The position numbers and the translations under genes were made by a program. A DNA stretch of 63,543 nt, the filler included, from Olpidium bornovanus S191 (lineage: Eukaryota; Fungi; Olpidiomycota): assembly GCA_017911155.1 (NCBI GenBank). It is 30 parts of 30 records of this genome, joined end to end, with 100 filler letters (N's around TTAATTAATTAA, not from the genome) between each part and the next. Parts side by side here need not be neighbours in the genome. Positions count along the whole stretch, not along the records: positions 46,947 to 48,332 come from JAEFCI010002924.1; positions 48,433 to 49,938 come from JAEFCI010001640.1; positions 50,039 to 52,538 come from JAEFCI010003268.1; positions 52,639 to 54,109 come from JAEFCI010004515.1; positions 54,210 to 55,537 come from JAEFCI010007342.1; positions 55,638 to 58,375 come from JAEFCI010003267.1; positions 58,476 to 59,485 come from JAEFCI010008030.1; 23 more parts are not named here. One strand, 5' to 3'. The notes below the pieces were generated by a model. The model had not been told where the DNA came from. It saw nothing but the letters and a program-made list of their open reading frames with translations, and did no database searches. Shown in pieces: positions 47,651-59,585 of the stretch (position 1 is its first letter; each line of letters starts with the position of its first letter).

Positions 47651-48332
47651 ATGAACAGACTTTTTCGAGTGGCCGCCGCGTTTCTCCTCGCGGTGTCGGC
47701 AATCGCGCCGGTCGGCGTCAACGGCCACCATGAGCCGAACCTGATGGCGGCACAAATGGGAGGACGATGTGGACACATCGGCCACCTCCGCGAGTCGACT
47801 GTCAAGCCGCCCAACGTCGTGGTTCCCCAGGATATTCGCGTCGCGCCCACGGAGGGCGTCTTTTACCTCAGGCTGTTCGCGAGGGGCACGCAGAATTACC
47901 GTTGTGACGTCGACGCCGGCACCTGGACGTTCGTCGAGCCCAAAGCGTTGCTGTTCAACAGCAGGATGAGCAAGAGTTACATTGGGAGGCATTTCTCCCT
48001 TGTAAGTTTCTTCCACGATCGGGAAATTCGCGGCGCGTGCGCCGGCAGTCCGCCCCCCAACAGCCGTTGACCCGCTTGTTTGCTTGAACAGGGTCGGCCA
48101 GACCGCAGAGGCGGCCAGGCAGTGTGGGCCGGGTTGAACGTGCGGCAATGTGGAGCTGTGGTCGCGAAGAAGATCGCCCAGGCCGACTCCCCTGACGGGG
48201 CCGACAGTATTCCATGGCTCAAAACCGCCACCACTTCCACCGCGGGCCCGGCCGCAGGTATCCTCTCGAAAGCGAATTTTGTGCTGCGCGTGCTCACCAA
48301 GGGCGGTCAGCCGCCAGCGAAGCGGGCCTGCG
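47651..48332 (+). CDS. Secreted DUF3455-family protein, 3' truncated
   Basis: Signal peptide MNRLFRVAAAFLLAVSAIAPVGVNG; ARGTQNYRC..WTFVEPKALL..GRHF|..DSIPWLK..VLRVLTKGGQPP..C. Confidence 0.8.
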
Positions 48333-49640
48333 NNNNNNNNNNNNNNNNNNNNNNNNNNNNNNNNNNNNNNNNNNNNTTAATTAATTAANNNNNNNNNNNN
48401 NNNNNNNNNNNNNNNNNNNNNNNNNNNNNNNNCAGCAACAACCGAATGTCGTCGTTTGCAGAACTGGAGACGGTACGTGGCGGTTGACGCCATTCCCACA
48501 GAACGTGGATGTCACCGCAGGAACTGTGTGCGCAGCCTAGCTGGTCGTCATGACGCCACTCGATTTTGCGGAACTTTATATAAATAGGGCAAGCAGCGAA
48601 AAAAAACCCCCACGCGCGCGAAATCTTTGATGAAAGTTCTAAATCAACATTTCTTTTATTTTGTTTTGCAACAGATTCCTCGAGTCACGCACGTTTTGTT
48701 AGGATGATTGCAAAAACTTACGCCTCACCCGCTGGCGCGCAACGCTGGCGCGGTTGCGGCTCTGTTCCGTGGTGCGCGATCAAAGCCGGGCGCCGAATCG
48801 CTCTTAAGTGGGCTTCAATCGTTTTTTTTTTTTGGAGTGGACGTCACACACCGAATGCGTTGTCAACCGCGCTTGCGCGCGCTTAATGCTGAAAGCACGA
48901 GCGGGAGAAAAACAAAAAAAAATAAGATGTTTCCGCGTGGGCGCCGGCGGAACATGCCTGAGGGCACGACCGGTGTCGTTCGAGGAACGCAGCGGGCGGT
49001 GTCCGGTCCGGGAAACTCGCGCATCCCATCAACGGGATCCACTGCTGTTCGCGCGATCGTGCGTGGGATGAGCGGAATGCAACCACGACCTGCGCCCCAC
49101 CCTTATGTCCCGTCCCGCCCCATCCCCCAAAGCTATTTTGCTTCCTTCGAAGTCATGCTTCGAGACGGCTTTTCTTTGTGAAAAAATTTCTGCCGAAATG
49201 GGTCTGACAATTTCCACTCGGAACGCGCGGGATGCGGCTCTGGCGGACGTAGACTGTGCGAATGTTGCGGTGGTGTTCCTGGACGGCTCGACCGTCCGCG
49301 CACAGCGCAAGGTAAACGAGACGAACGTCCTCGGGGACGCCGGCCGCAACGCGTCGGCTTCCTGATAGCCCACGGAGAGAATACAGGGGCAGCTTCGCCC
49401 TCAGATGTGTGTTTCTGCAAATCAGACCACGCCGCCAGCGGCACCGATACGGTTCCCCGTCCTCTGAACGCTTTTCGTCTGGCAGCGGTAGTCGTGCTGT
49501 GGTGGCTGAGGTCGTCCATCATGTCGAAATCCTCTTTCACCAGCATGTTGCCTATAGCGCGAGGTAAATGCGCCACGTGTTTTTTGTTGTAGTCCACGTG
49601 GTTTACCGGAGTGCCCAATAGGCCAAGGTACATGTGGACC

Positions 49641-49938
49641 TGTGATGAGCCACGGGGAACCCCCTGCCATGGGGACTCCCTTTGCCATGGCCGCCACGGG
49701 GATCCCTCCGCCACGGTGACCCCTCCGTCATGGGGATTCCCTTTGCCATGGCCGCCACGGGGATCCCTCCGCCATGGCCGTCCTCCGCCATGGCCGCCCT
49801 CCACCATGACGGACTGCCATGGAAGGGGGCCACGAAGGGATATATAAGGAAAGCCTCTTTTCGTTCTCCTCCGGTTCCCTCACATAGCAAAAGCAAAAGC
49901 AAAAGCAAAAGGAAAAATAAGAATCACAACAAAATAGC
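49641..49938 (+). mobile_element. LTR-like relic (U3 with tandem repeats and TATA box)
   Basis: Starts TGTGATG. Two copies of a 61-bp-period unit (49668, 49729) built from CCRCCAYGG sub-repeats. TATATAA at 49841-49847. Runs to the contig end. Confidence 0.5.
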
Positions 49939-50038
49939 NNNNNNNNNNNNNNNNNNNNNNNNNNNNNNNNNNNNNNNNNNNNTTAATTAATTAANNNNNN
50001 NNNNNNNNNNNNNNNNNNNNNNNNNNNNNNNNNNNNNN

Positions 50039-52260
50039 CATGAATCAGAGGACCAGTAAGTTTTTCGAAAAAGCAATGGATCACCCATCATCCAAACAAG
50101 AAAGTCAACAACAAAAAAGCTACTCGGGCGCACTGTACAGCACTTGAACGCGTATGTACCTGTCAGGTGACTGTTCACAAACAGGAAGCTTGTGAAGCCG
50201 ACCATCAGAGACACGCCCCCCCCGCCTTTGTTGCCGATCACGCCAGCGATACCTGTGGGCACTGATGCTGAAGTCACTTCTGTACTGAGTAGCGGGTAAT
50301 ACGAAAAATCAGTGGCGCCCAGAAGGTTTAACGATGGCCGTCACCTTTCATCCAAAGCATATAACGCACTGTGTACCAAATGGGAGCACGGCTTCCAAAC
50401 AAAGACGGCGATGTGGATGGCGGCCATTGTCTCTGTCTTGACCAGGTCATAAGCCTTCCCCAGAATGTCGACCAGCCGCCGCTCCCACTCCTCCTTGGAC
50501 GGGATCAGCACACTGTGGGAGATCGGCCGTTGGCATTCCTGGGTGCCGAACACCATCAGGTGATACGGGTGTCGGGGCACCCGGTCAAGGTGAATGCCAT
50601 TTTTCAGCTCGATTATTGGGGGCGGAGGCGCCACAAAGGGTGCGAGTTCTGCTGGAGGAGGCTTCACACGTTGTTGATCCGAACAAACGCCGGCACGCAG
50701 AGGTGAAAACCTTTGCGTTTTCTTCCCCCCCCCGCCCCCGAACGCGGGCGTCCGTGGCGCACCCAAGCGTGTTTGAAACAGAAACGCCCCGGCCGCGACG
50801 GCGAGGCGTCCAATTTACCTTTCCGTACATATTCCACGTGCCAATATAAATCTTCAGCCTACGAAAATCTTCGGAAAGTACGACGACATGCTCTTGATTG
50901 TCTTTGGTCTCTGCCTTCTCCTTCTTGTAGCCGCCACCGGCAGCCCCCGAGAGCAGGTCACCAAAGGACCTCGCCAGCTCCGCGAATCCGCGCTGGAGGC
51001 TTGACCGTCCCTGCGCAATCGATGCCTTGTGCTTAGCAGAGCGCTCATCCTTCATTTTTGACTTCTCGGACACCGGCAGTACGAGATGTGGTTCTGAAAA
51101 ACACTTTTTGATCTCTGCGAAGATGGACCAGGCGCGTTTCACGGGCTGTTAGCGCGGAACACGCGCCTTGGAGGCGCGCGGGAACAAACCAACCGCTTCA
51201 CGGACGCACGTGCTCGTTCGATCTCGTCAAACGCCTTCCTGACTCTATCAACGTCCGCCTTCAACGGCGGGGAATCGCCGGAGGCAGGGCCGGAGCGAGC
51301 GGCGACTACGTGCGAGATCTCGGGAGGGAGCGGGGTGCCCCGCCAGCCGGGGGATTTGTGTGGCCATGAGTCCGCCTTTGAGGCTGCGTAGGTGGAAAGG
51401 TCAAGCGCCTCCAGTTGCAAAGGTCGTAGATCAACGTCTGGAGCGCTGTTTCCCTCGTCCTCCAAGCGAGGAATCAAATGGGAACTGTGTGGCCCTTTTT
51501 GATTGGCGGATTCATCTACCGCAGAGCCGGCTGGGCCCTGCGGCCTAGCGTTTGCAACGGCGGCTACGGAAGTCTGTCTGTGTGCCGACCCGGGCACATC
51601 CTCACCCCCGTCAACGGGATGACGGCCGGTTCCGCTAACGAAAAGGCTGAAGAATCGGCGGCCAAGTTGCCCTGTCGCCCGCCGCTTTCTTTCGGCCGCG
51701 GGCCTCGCTTCCAGGGCCCGCGGGATCTCGTGGAACGGCGTGCTTGGCATTCCCGCCGCGCGCGGTTTATTCGTCGTTACGCCGGCGTCTGCAGCAGAAG
51801 GGGCAGGCGACAGTCCAGGCGCCGCCGCTCCTTCTTCGATGTGGGGAATCCCTGGCAGCGGCTGGACCGGCACAAGCGAGACGGCATGATCTGCTCTCCG
51901 TCCGGAAAGCGCGATTGGGCGGGAAGGAGCGGACAGGGGCGGGCCGTTGGTCTCGCCCGCAGCATCGGCAGCTGGACCGGCGGTCACATCCGTCTTACTC
52001 CCCGCCGGCAGGAGCCGGGAGAGCCGAGGGGCCATGAAGCTCGGCAGCCACCGGCCTGAAGAGTTAAGCAGATCTCGCTTCCAAGGCACCTCGGCGACGG
52101 TGATACCTCCCACTCGACTGAAAAACTGTCCACGCTGCTGTTCAGCATGGGGTGCCGCCTCCCGCCTTGACCATGTACCCGGTCTGTTAAGCGGGCCCGT
52201 TAAGAAGAGCTTTGGAGTTTGACGTGTTTCATCGTAAGCAGTTTCCCTCCGCCCCCGCAC
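50039..52260 (-). CDS. Inositol polyphosphate 5-phosphatase, spliced, 3' truncated, start uncertain
   Basis: LKIYIGTWNMYGK; YHLMVFGTQEC; KEEWERRL..LGKAY..MAAIHIAVF; TGIAGVIGNKGG..SFLFVNSHL; long low-complexity N-terminus. Confidence 0.85.
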
Positions 52261-52638
52261 CCGCGCTTACCGGCCGCAGAACAAAAGCGGCTGTTGCGGC
52301 CGACTACTTAAGAGAGTTGGGACGTGCCTCCACGATGCCCGCGAGACTTGGGTGCGGAACAGCCGGCGTGGGGGGCGCGCCGCGGCTTGGGGGATGGGAT
52401 GCAAATTGCAAGGTGCCCATGATTTTTTTTTTGCGCGAAGCTTAGGCAACGAAACACACACTCGCACGCACGCACGCACGCCCACACTCCCAATTACACT
52501 GGACCAGATGATCGCACAGAGGTGCGCCTCCGTTGAGCNNNNNNNNNNNNNNNNNNNNNNNNNNNNNNNNNNNNNNNNNNNNTTAATTAATTAANNNNNN
52601 NNNNNNNNNNNNNNNNNNNNNNNNNNNNNNNNNNNNNN

Positions 52639-52690
52639 AGGCTACCTGTGGACGACCAACCGACGTTGCTCTACAAGGACAACTGAGCTA
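52639..52690 (+). mobile_element. Possible copia RNase H scrap
   Basis: LPVDDQPTLLYKDN* (cf. PTxLYxDNQ); very short. Confidence 0.3.
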
Positions 52691-53169
52691 AACTCTTCTC
52701 TCCAGCGCCCGAGGGTATAAGCTCCAATAAGAAGATCTTCTGCAAAGGGAGGAACCATGCACGCTCCCGGTTGAGCGAGGAGCAGTGTTATGAATCGTAT
52801 GATGCGCTCTACGGGTCACGTGATCAACAAAGTGCCACACTCCTGGGGGGAGGAGTCGGCGCAGTCCGGCTCCGCCCTACACGCGCGGAAAATCAAACAG
52901 AAACGAAAGGAACCGTCTTCTTCTTCCGGCAGCTCCTCCATTGAGTTTCCGTTTAAACATTATGCCAAGGCGCTACGGTTACAAATTGCGCAAATGCGAA
53001 AATGATTCAACGGGATGCCGGCTAACGTGAGGGGGTTTCGGGGAAGTTTTCGAACGATCCGCTCGGGCAAATGAACCAGACCACGCACGATTCCGTGAGA
53101 AGGCGGTGGAGTTCAAAGGAGGGGGGAGGGGGCGGAGTGGGGCCGGCCGGGGAAGTGGGCAGATCCACG

Positions 53170-54048
53170 CTACACCGGCGATATTTCGTTTCGGCAGGTT
53201 TCGCCTCGCGGCCTTTCGGATGTTGACCTCTCTACGAGCAAACGGCTTGTGGTCGGAGCGACCACAGTACCCCTGGAAGAGTTTACGTTGCGATTGGCGA
53301 CCGTCGTTACGACGTAGGTGCCGTTGGACATCATCAACGACAGCAGGAGCTGCTCCACGTAAACGGAAGAAGTGACGTCGACGTTGAACGTGGACCAGAC
53401 GATCGAGATTATGAACAAGACGTAAACGATGATTTCGTAAGCGAGGGAGATCCAGACGTTGTAGTACAGGCGGGCGGCGCGGATGCCTTCCTGTATGTGC
53501 GGGTTACACCTGCCGATGCGGATGAACTGGATGTCGAGCCAGACGCCGAAAAAGATAAAGTAGGACGTTGTGGTGAGGTTGGCGTATCTGTAGACCTTGA
53601 ACAGGTTCGAGTTCCGCGCCTGGGCGCTGTTCCAGTTCACGGCGGTGTACGCGAGGATGTGGAGCATGGCCGTGATCACCGACAGGACGAAGTAGACGCC
53701 CGCGTAGAGCCGGGCGTGCGCCTCCTTCAAGCTGGCGGACCCGCAGATGGCCATGTACCGGAGGAACGTGACGTAGACGGGGACCACCGAGTACAGCCGC
53801 TTCAGGCACGCGACGGCGACGACCGACCTGGTGAAATCGCGCCAGGTCTTGTCGATGAACCACATTGCCAGGGTGAACGAGATGAGGATGTCGACGATGA
53901 TCGCCGCGGTGCACGCGCCGATGGACGCCTTCTGCGTCAGCGTCCCCCGGTTAAGCAGCAACACGATGTTCAGGACCGACACGTTCAGCATGAACGACGG
54001 GCCCGAAGTGATGAGCCCGGACAGACGGTTGAGAATGAGCGTCGCCAT
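53170..54048 (-). CDS. Orphan intronless seven-transmembrane (GPCR-like) protein, 292 aa
   Basis: Complete ATG-to-stop ORF with strong C/G third-position bias. About seven hydrophobic segments, LRY at the end of putative TM3, and a Ser/Thr/Arg-rich C-tail. Confidence 0.75.
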   Translation of the reverse strand: MATLILNRLSGLITSGPSFMLNVSVLNIVLLLNRGTLTQKASIGACTAAIIVDILISFTLAMWFIDKTWRDFTRSVVAVACLKRLYSVVPVYVTFLRYMAICGSASLKEAHARLYAGVYFVLSVITAMLHILAYTAVNWNSAQARNSNLFKVYRYANLTTTSYFIFFGVWLDIQFIRIGRCNPHIQEGIRAARLYYNVWISLAYEIIVYVLFIISIVWSTFNVDVTSSVYVEQLLLSLMMSNGTYVVTTVANRNVNSSRGTVVAPTTSRLLVERSTSERPRGETCRNEISPV

Positions 54049-54209
54049 TGGCCGCGGAGGTATGCCTGGCGCGGGGAAAGCCGTTTTTGAAAAAAAAAAA
54101 AAAAAAAAANNNNNNNNNNNNNNNNNNNNNNNNNNNNNNNNNNNNNNNNNNNNTTAATTAATTAANNNNNNNNNNNNNNNNNNNNNNNNNNNNNNNNNNN
54201 NNNNNNNNN

Positions 54210-55267
54210 AAGATGCACGAGGAGAAAGGTGCGAAGCAGAAGGACGCTGACGCCGTGCCCAAGGGCGCCGTTCCGGCGTACCTGCTCGACCGTGAGGGCC
54301 AGCAGTCCGCCAAGGTGCTCTCGAACATGGTAAAGCAGAAGAGGAAGGAGAAGGCCGGAAAGTGGGACGTGCCGCTGCCGAAAGTCAGGGGCATCGCCGA
54401 AGACGAGATGTTCAAGGTTATCAAGACGGGGAAGAGCAAGAGTGAGTCTTTCGTTCGATTTCCTTTATTCCACCACTCCTGGCGCTCAGCCGGATGCACA
54501 CAGTAGAAATTCACCTTCTCGTTCTCGCCCCGGCTTCCCTCTCATCCCCAGCAAAATCGTGGAAACGCATGGTGACCAAGGCTACCTTCGTCGGCGACGG
54601 CTTCACGCGGAAGCCGCCCAAATACGAACGGTTTATCCGGCCAATGGCCCTGCGCTACAAGAAGGCCCACGTCACCCACCCCGAGCTCCGGGCAACTTTC
54701 CAGCTGCCAATCATCAGTGTCAAGAAGAACCCGCAGAGCGCGTTCTACACCTCGCTCGGCGTCATCACCAAGGGAACCGTGATCGAGGTCAACGTCAGCG
54801 AATTGGGCCTCGTCACGACCGGCGGAAAGGTCGTCTGGGGAAAGTACGCGGTAAGCACAACGCGGTTTCCGCTTTTTTGCCTCCACCACCATCCCTCCCT
54901 CCCGCCTCTCCGCCTCCCGCGCTCCTCCTCCCATCGTGACTACTCGGCCCGCACTCTACGATAAATCTTGGTCGTACGAAGGACTAACGTCTGTCAATTT
55001 TGTTGCCAACCACCTTCTCGCCGACTAATCTGGTTTACAGCAAGTCACAAACAATCCAGAAAATGACGGGTAAATCACACAGAAGCGTTTTTAAACCTGT
55101 TCGGTTGCCTGCTCGGTTGCCTCCTGCCTGTTTGTGACACGGTCGCTGACGTCTTTTTATTTTTCACAGGTCGGTTGCCTGCTCGGTTGCCTCCTGCCTG
55201 TTTGTGACACGGTCGCTGACGTCTTTTTATTTTTCACAGGTGCATCAATGCCGTGCTTCTGGTTTGA
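54210..55267 (+). CDS. NSA2: Ribosome biogenesis protein NSA2, 5' truncated
   Basis: [23 protein letters not shown]..|[40 protein letters not shown]|[10 protein letters not shown]|CINAVLLV*. Confidence 0.97.
55101..55240 (+). repeat. Perfect 70-bp tandem duplication of the NSA2 last-intron branch point and acceptor
   Basis: TCGGTTGCCTGCTCGGTTGCCTCCTGCCTGTTTGTGACACGGTCGCTGACGTCTTTTTATTTTTCACAGG x2 (55101-55170, 55171-55240). Confidence 0.95.
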
Positions 55268-56380
55268 TCCCGCGGTTTTCATTTCCGTACAAAAAAGACA
55301 TTCCATCCACTACTGTCGGGAGGCATTGTGACATAATGATCAATTCGTCCGCAACTCTTGATAGAACCGACAAGTTTACGAAAAGAAAGGCGGAATTCTT
55401 AAGGACACGTCGACCCCGTTAGGGGGGCCATCTCTCCCATCCCGTATCTTTCTCTCTCCACATCGAGTATGGCGGAATATAGAACGGAAGAACAGGCGTT
55501 GTTATGCAGGAGGAGCACCGATTTACCTCCCAACATGNNNNNNNNNNNNNNNNNNNNNNNNNNNNNNNNNNNNNNNNNNNNTTAATTAATTAANNNNNNN
55601 NNNNNNNNNNNNNNNNNNNNNNNNNNNNNNNNNNNNNCATGAAGTCACGAAGGCTTACATTTATTCCCTTGACTCTGTCACTTCTTTCCAGCGAGAGACT
55701 GCCCCTTATTCAAGAGAGCTGCAGACGTGCGCAAAGACAGAAACCGTCTCACTATTAATATTTTCCCACGCGGTGGTATAGGCATCGTATGGGACGAACT
55801 CCCTGGAGTAACACAGAGGTGCACGAAGCGGTTTTTGCGTCGTTTTGTTTGCTCGTGTGTTTGGTTGTGGGGTGGGGGGGAGGGGAAAGTCGAAGGTCGG
55901 CGGGCCGTGTCATCCGCGCAAAACCAAATCAAATCAAAAAAAAAAAACCAAAAAAAGTCTTTGAGGGCAAAGGCGGAGAGGGGAGGGCGGGAGGAAAGAA
56001 GGATGGGAAAGGCGGAATTGTGTGAAATTTTCCCAAGATTTTTGGAGTTCCGTTTAAAAGAACAAAAAAAAAAAAAAAAACGGAGGCCGCTCGGGGGTTA
56101 CTGGCGTTTTCCCCCATCCCCCATTTTTTTAAAGAATAAAAACGAAAGTCAAAAAACAAAGAAAATGCGAGGGGCGGGGGAAGGCGGGTGGTAGATCCCG
56201 CCGGGTGATTTACGTGCAGAGCCCGGTATAAAAAAAAATGCTGGCGGCGAGATAGAAGAGGGGGGAAGGGCTCTTCCTCTTCCCCCCGCCACCTTCCCCC
56301 AAGCCCGTGGTATCTCTATCGTGCGGCCGAGTGTGCTGGAGGGAGAGGCCACAAAAAAAATGGCAAGAAAAGGAGGGAGA

Positions 56381-58375
56381 TCACACGGCGGCCGGCAGCG
56401 GAGGAACGTCCTGCAGGGGGACGTCGCTGGATCGCTTCGCCGCGAAGTAAGGGGAGTGCTCGCGGAGCACGTTGGCGACGAGCGCGCCCCGCCGCTCGAC
56501 TTCCCACTCGCTCCACCTGCGCATTGTGATGGCCGACGTGTCGAACTCGCCTTCCTTCGCGCCGTGGTGCTGCCGCCGGCGGTCGGGCCCCCCGCGCTCG
56601 CCGGCGACGACGCGGGTCTGGCCCCAGGAAAAGTCGTCAAAGTGCCAGAACGCGTAGAGCGGCAGCACGAAGTTCCAGACGGGCAGGCTGACCAGGTACA
56701 CCAGCATCCAGAATATGTACTCCAGCTTGAGCGACGTCGTGAGGACGAACACGGCTGGCAGCCCGAGAACGACCGCAGGCACGAACAGCGACATCATCTC
56801 GACCGGCCCGGGCGACGCGATCAGTGTGGCCGCCAGCGCGAAGGCCACCACGACCGCGACGGGGAGAAGCACCGTCCCGAGCAGCTCCACGAGGACCACG
56901 AACTGCATGGAAAGGCAGGCAATCCCGCACAGGTCTTTTACCAGCACGAGCTCCAGCAGGTTGTGCACTGTCGAGTTAATCCAGCGCCTCCGCTGCGACA
57001 GCAAAACCCGGAAAGTGCTCGGCACCACCGTCTTGCACTTGGCCTGCGGCACGAACACCATCTGCCGCTTCGGGAAGTTGCGCAGCATCAGCGTCGACAG
57101 AAACCGGTCCTCGCCCAGCAGAAGCAGGTTTTTCTTGTGCAACGTTTCCACCTCGTTCTGGCTGTACTCCTGGACGACGTCCGGGTTCGCGAGAATGGGA
57201 ACCCAAGCGCCGTTCTTGCGCGCCTTGATTCGGTACATAGAAAAGCACCCGGGAAGGCACGTCACTCCGCCGAAGACGGATTCGAAGGCTTTGCTGAGAT
57301 GGTGCGAGATGTGATACTCGAATACTGAACGGAGACAGAGGACGATCTCGCCGTCAGACCGCGAAAAGTCCTTCGCCTTGCTAAAATCGCAGATTCCCCG
57401 CGTTACCTTGTATCCACGTTACCCACGAATCGTGCTTGTTCGCAATGCACGTTTCTCCACAGAGTCCCATGATCATTGGATTCTTGTCCATCGCTTTAAT
57501 CATGTACGACATCGAGCCGGGCCGCACCGTCGTATCGGCGTCGACCTGAAAAAACGCTTCTTTCCGTCAACAAACGGGCCGCAGTCCTTCGCAGTCTCTT
57601 GCAAAGGTGGTAAAAACCACCCCTCCCCCCCCCTTTGTACCATCAGGACGAGCTCAAAGCGGTCCGGCGTCACGCCCATGAGGTACTGAACCTTCCAAAA
57701 CAAGTCGTAGTCGAATTCCGTCATGCGGTCGTCGAATATGACCCTGCTCAGGAAGCTCATGACCATGACCTGCGAGTCGCGCTTGCCACGATTCCCCGGT
57801 TTTGGACCCCCCACTTCTTTGGGCGTTCCGCACTTTACAACAAGAACGGCGGGAACACTCCGGGGCTTGTACCTATACCAGCCGGCGTACTGGCGCCAAC
57901 CAAAAAAAAAAGCGGTCGGGAACCAGGCGTTTTGCTTCCGCCCCCGGGATGGTCCCCGCCGTAAGCCAGGGACCGCGCGACGGGCGGAACACGCACCACC
58001 TTCGCCGTGTTGTGCTGCTTCTCGCCGTCTGCAATGGCCACGTAGCTGCGAGGCGCGGGATTGCGCAGCTCCGGCGCGATGTCCAGCATTCCGAGACAGA
58101 GCTGAGGCGTGGACTGAGTTTCTCCCGCGCCTTTGATGATGCCGTCAGTGACTATGAACAACATCTGGCCGTCAATAGCGCGTGCGTCAGCTCTTCCAAA
58201 TCCCGCGGAGCATCCCGGGCGAGCCGTCGTCAAAGCCGCGTTGGCAAGCAGCAAAAGCTTTCGCGGGCGCACCTTGTATTTATCATTGTAAGTGGTCGCG
58301 GAAAGGCTATCCAGGGTGCCGCGGATCCCCGCGGCGCCTTCCGAATAGCACGTCACCAGCATCATCGTGTACATG
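56381..58375 (-). CDS. CHS3: Chitin synthase class IV (Chs3-like), catalytic C-terminal part, 5' truncated
   Basis: LVTCYSEG; [11 protein letters not shown]; [28 protein letters not shown]; LLLGEDRFL; [13 protein letters not shown]; [12 protein letters not shown]. Confidence 0.95.
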
Positions 58376-58482
58376 NNNNNNNNNNNNNNNNNNNNNNNNN
58401 NNNNNNNNNNNNNNNNNNNTTAATTAATTAANNNNNNNNNNNNNNNNNNNNNNNNNNNNNNNNNNNNNNNNNNNNCGCCCAC

Positions 58483-58537
<55 letters not shown>

Positions 58538-58678
58538 TTTTCACGGCCCCTCGGACGCCCGAGGGGCCACCGCCGGTTTCAAAGAAATTGCGCGCCCGCG
58601 CAGTCCTCAGGTCAGGAGCGGATAAGCGGCCCGGGGGTATGATGATTTCGCCGCCCCCGCGGCGGGCGCAGCGGGCGT

Positions 58679-59341
58679 CTACAAATGGAGGCTGAACGGG
58701 CCGCTTGCCAGCAGAAGATTTCTGGAGGTGAACTGGACTTTGTACACGGGGGTCTGCTTGGTGTACATCGTTCCTAGAAGGTCATTGCTTTCCGTCCCAG
58801 TTGAAAAAAAAAAACACGCGGCCGACAGACAAAAACAAACCCGACAGGTGATGAAGAAACATGGAGAAGAAGAGAAAGAAAAAAAAAATTGCGGGGAGCC
58901 AAATGAGGACAAGAGCTTTTTTTTTTTCTGCTGCGGCCCTTCTCGGTAAAAGAAAACTACAAAACAAAAAATAAAAAAATAAATAAAATACGCGGGGCCC
59001 GCACCTTTCGAGTCCCTTCCCTTTCCTCCCTTCGGCGGCGGCGTCGGCGGCGCCGCCGTTTTCGGCGAGAAGGCCCGGGCCAATCTTCGCGCCGGGCGCC
59101 GCGTCCGCGAGAGCCCGCGCGGCGTCGGCGCGTTCCGGAGACTGCGAGTTCAGCCGTCCGGACGGTGGCGAAGGCGAAGCCTTGACGTCCCACACGCGGA
59201 CCGTGCAGTCGGCGCTTCCCGAGGCGAGGACGGCGCCTTCGCGGCTGAAGTCGAGAGAATAGATCGGCTTTGTGTGGCCCGTCATCCGCTTGATCATCCG
59301 GCCGGAGCCCAGGTCCCAAAGGGAAATGGAAAAATCTTCGC
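58679..59341 (-). CDS. TAF5: TFIID subunit TAF5, last WD40 repeats, 5' truncated
   Basis: GEDFSISLWDLGSGRMIKRMTGH..IYSLDFSREGAVLASGSADCTVRVWDV..|DLLGTMYTKQTPVYKVQFTSRNLLLASG. Confidence 0.9.
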
Positions 59342-59350
59342 CTGCGGGAT

Positions 59351-59399
<49 letters not shown>

Positions 59400-59585
59400 A
59401 GCGGCGGCCCCGAAAAAAAAAAAAAAAAAAGGAGAGAGAGAGGGAGATAGATGGAGAGAGGGACAGAGAGAAGAGAGTGAGAGAGNNNNNNNNNNNNNNN
59501 NNNNNNNNNNNNNNNNNNNNNNNNNNNNNTTAATTAATTAANNNNNNNNNNNNNNNNNNNNNNNNNNNNNNNNNNNNNNNNNNNN

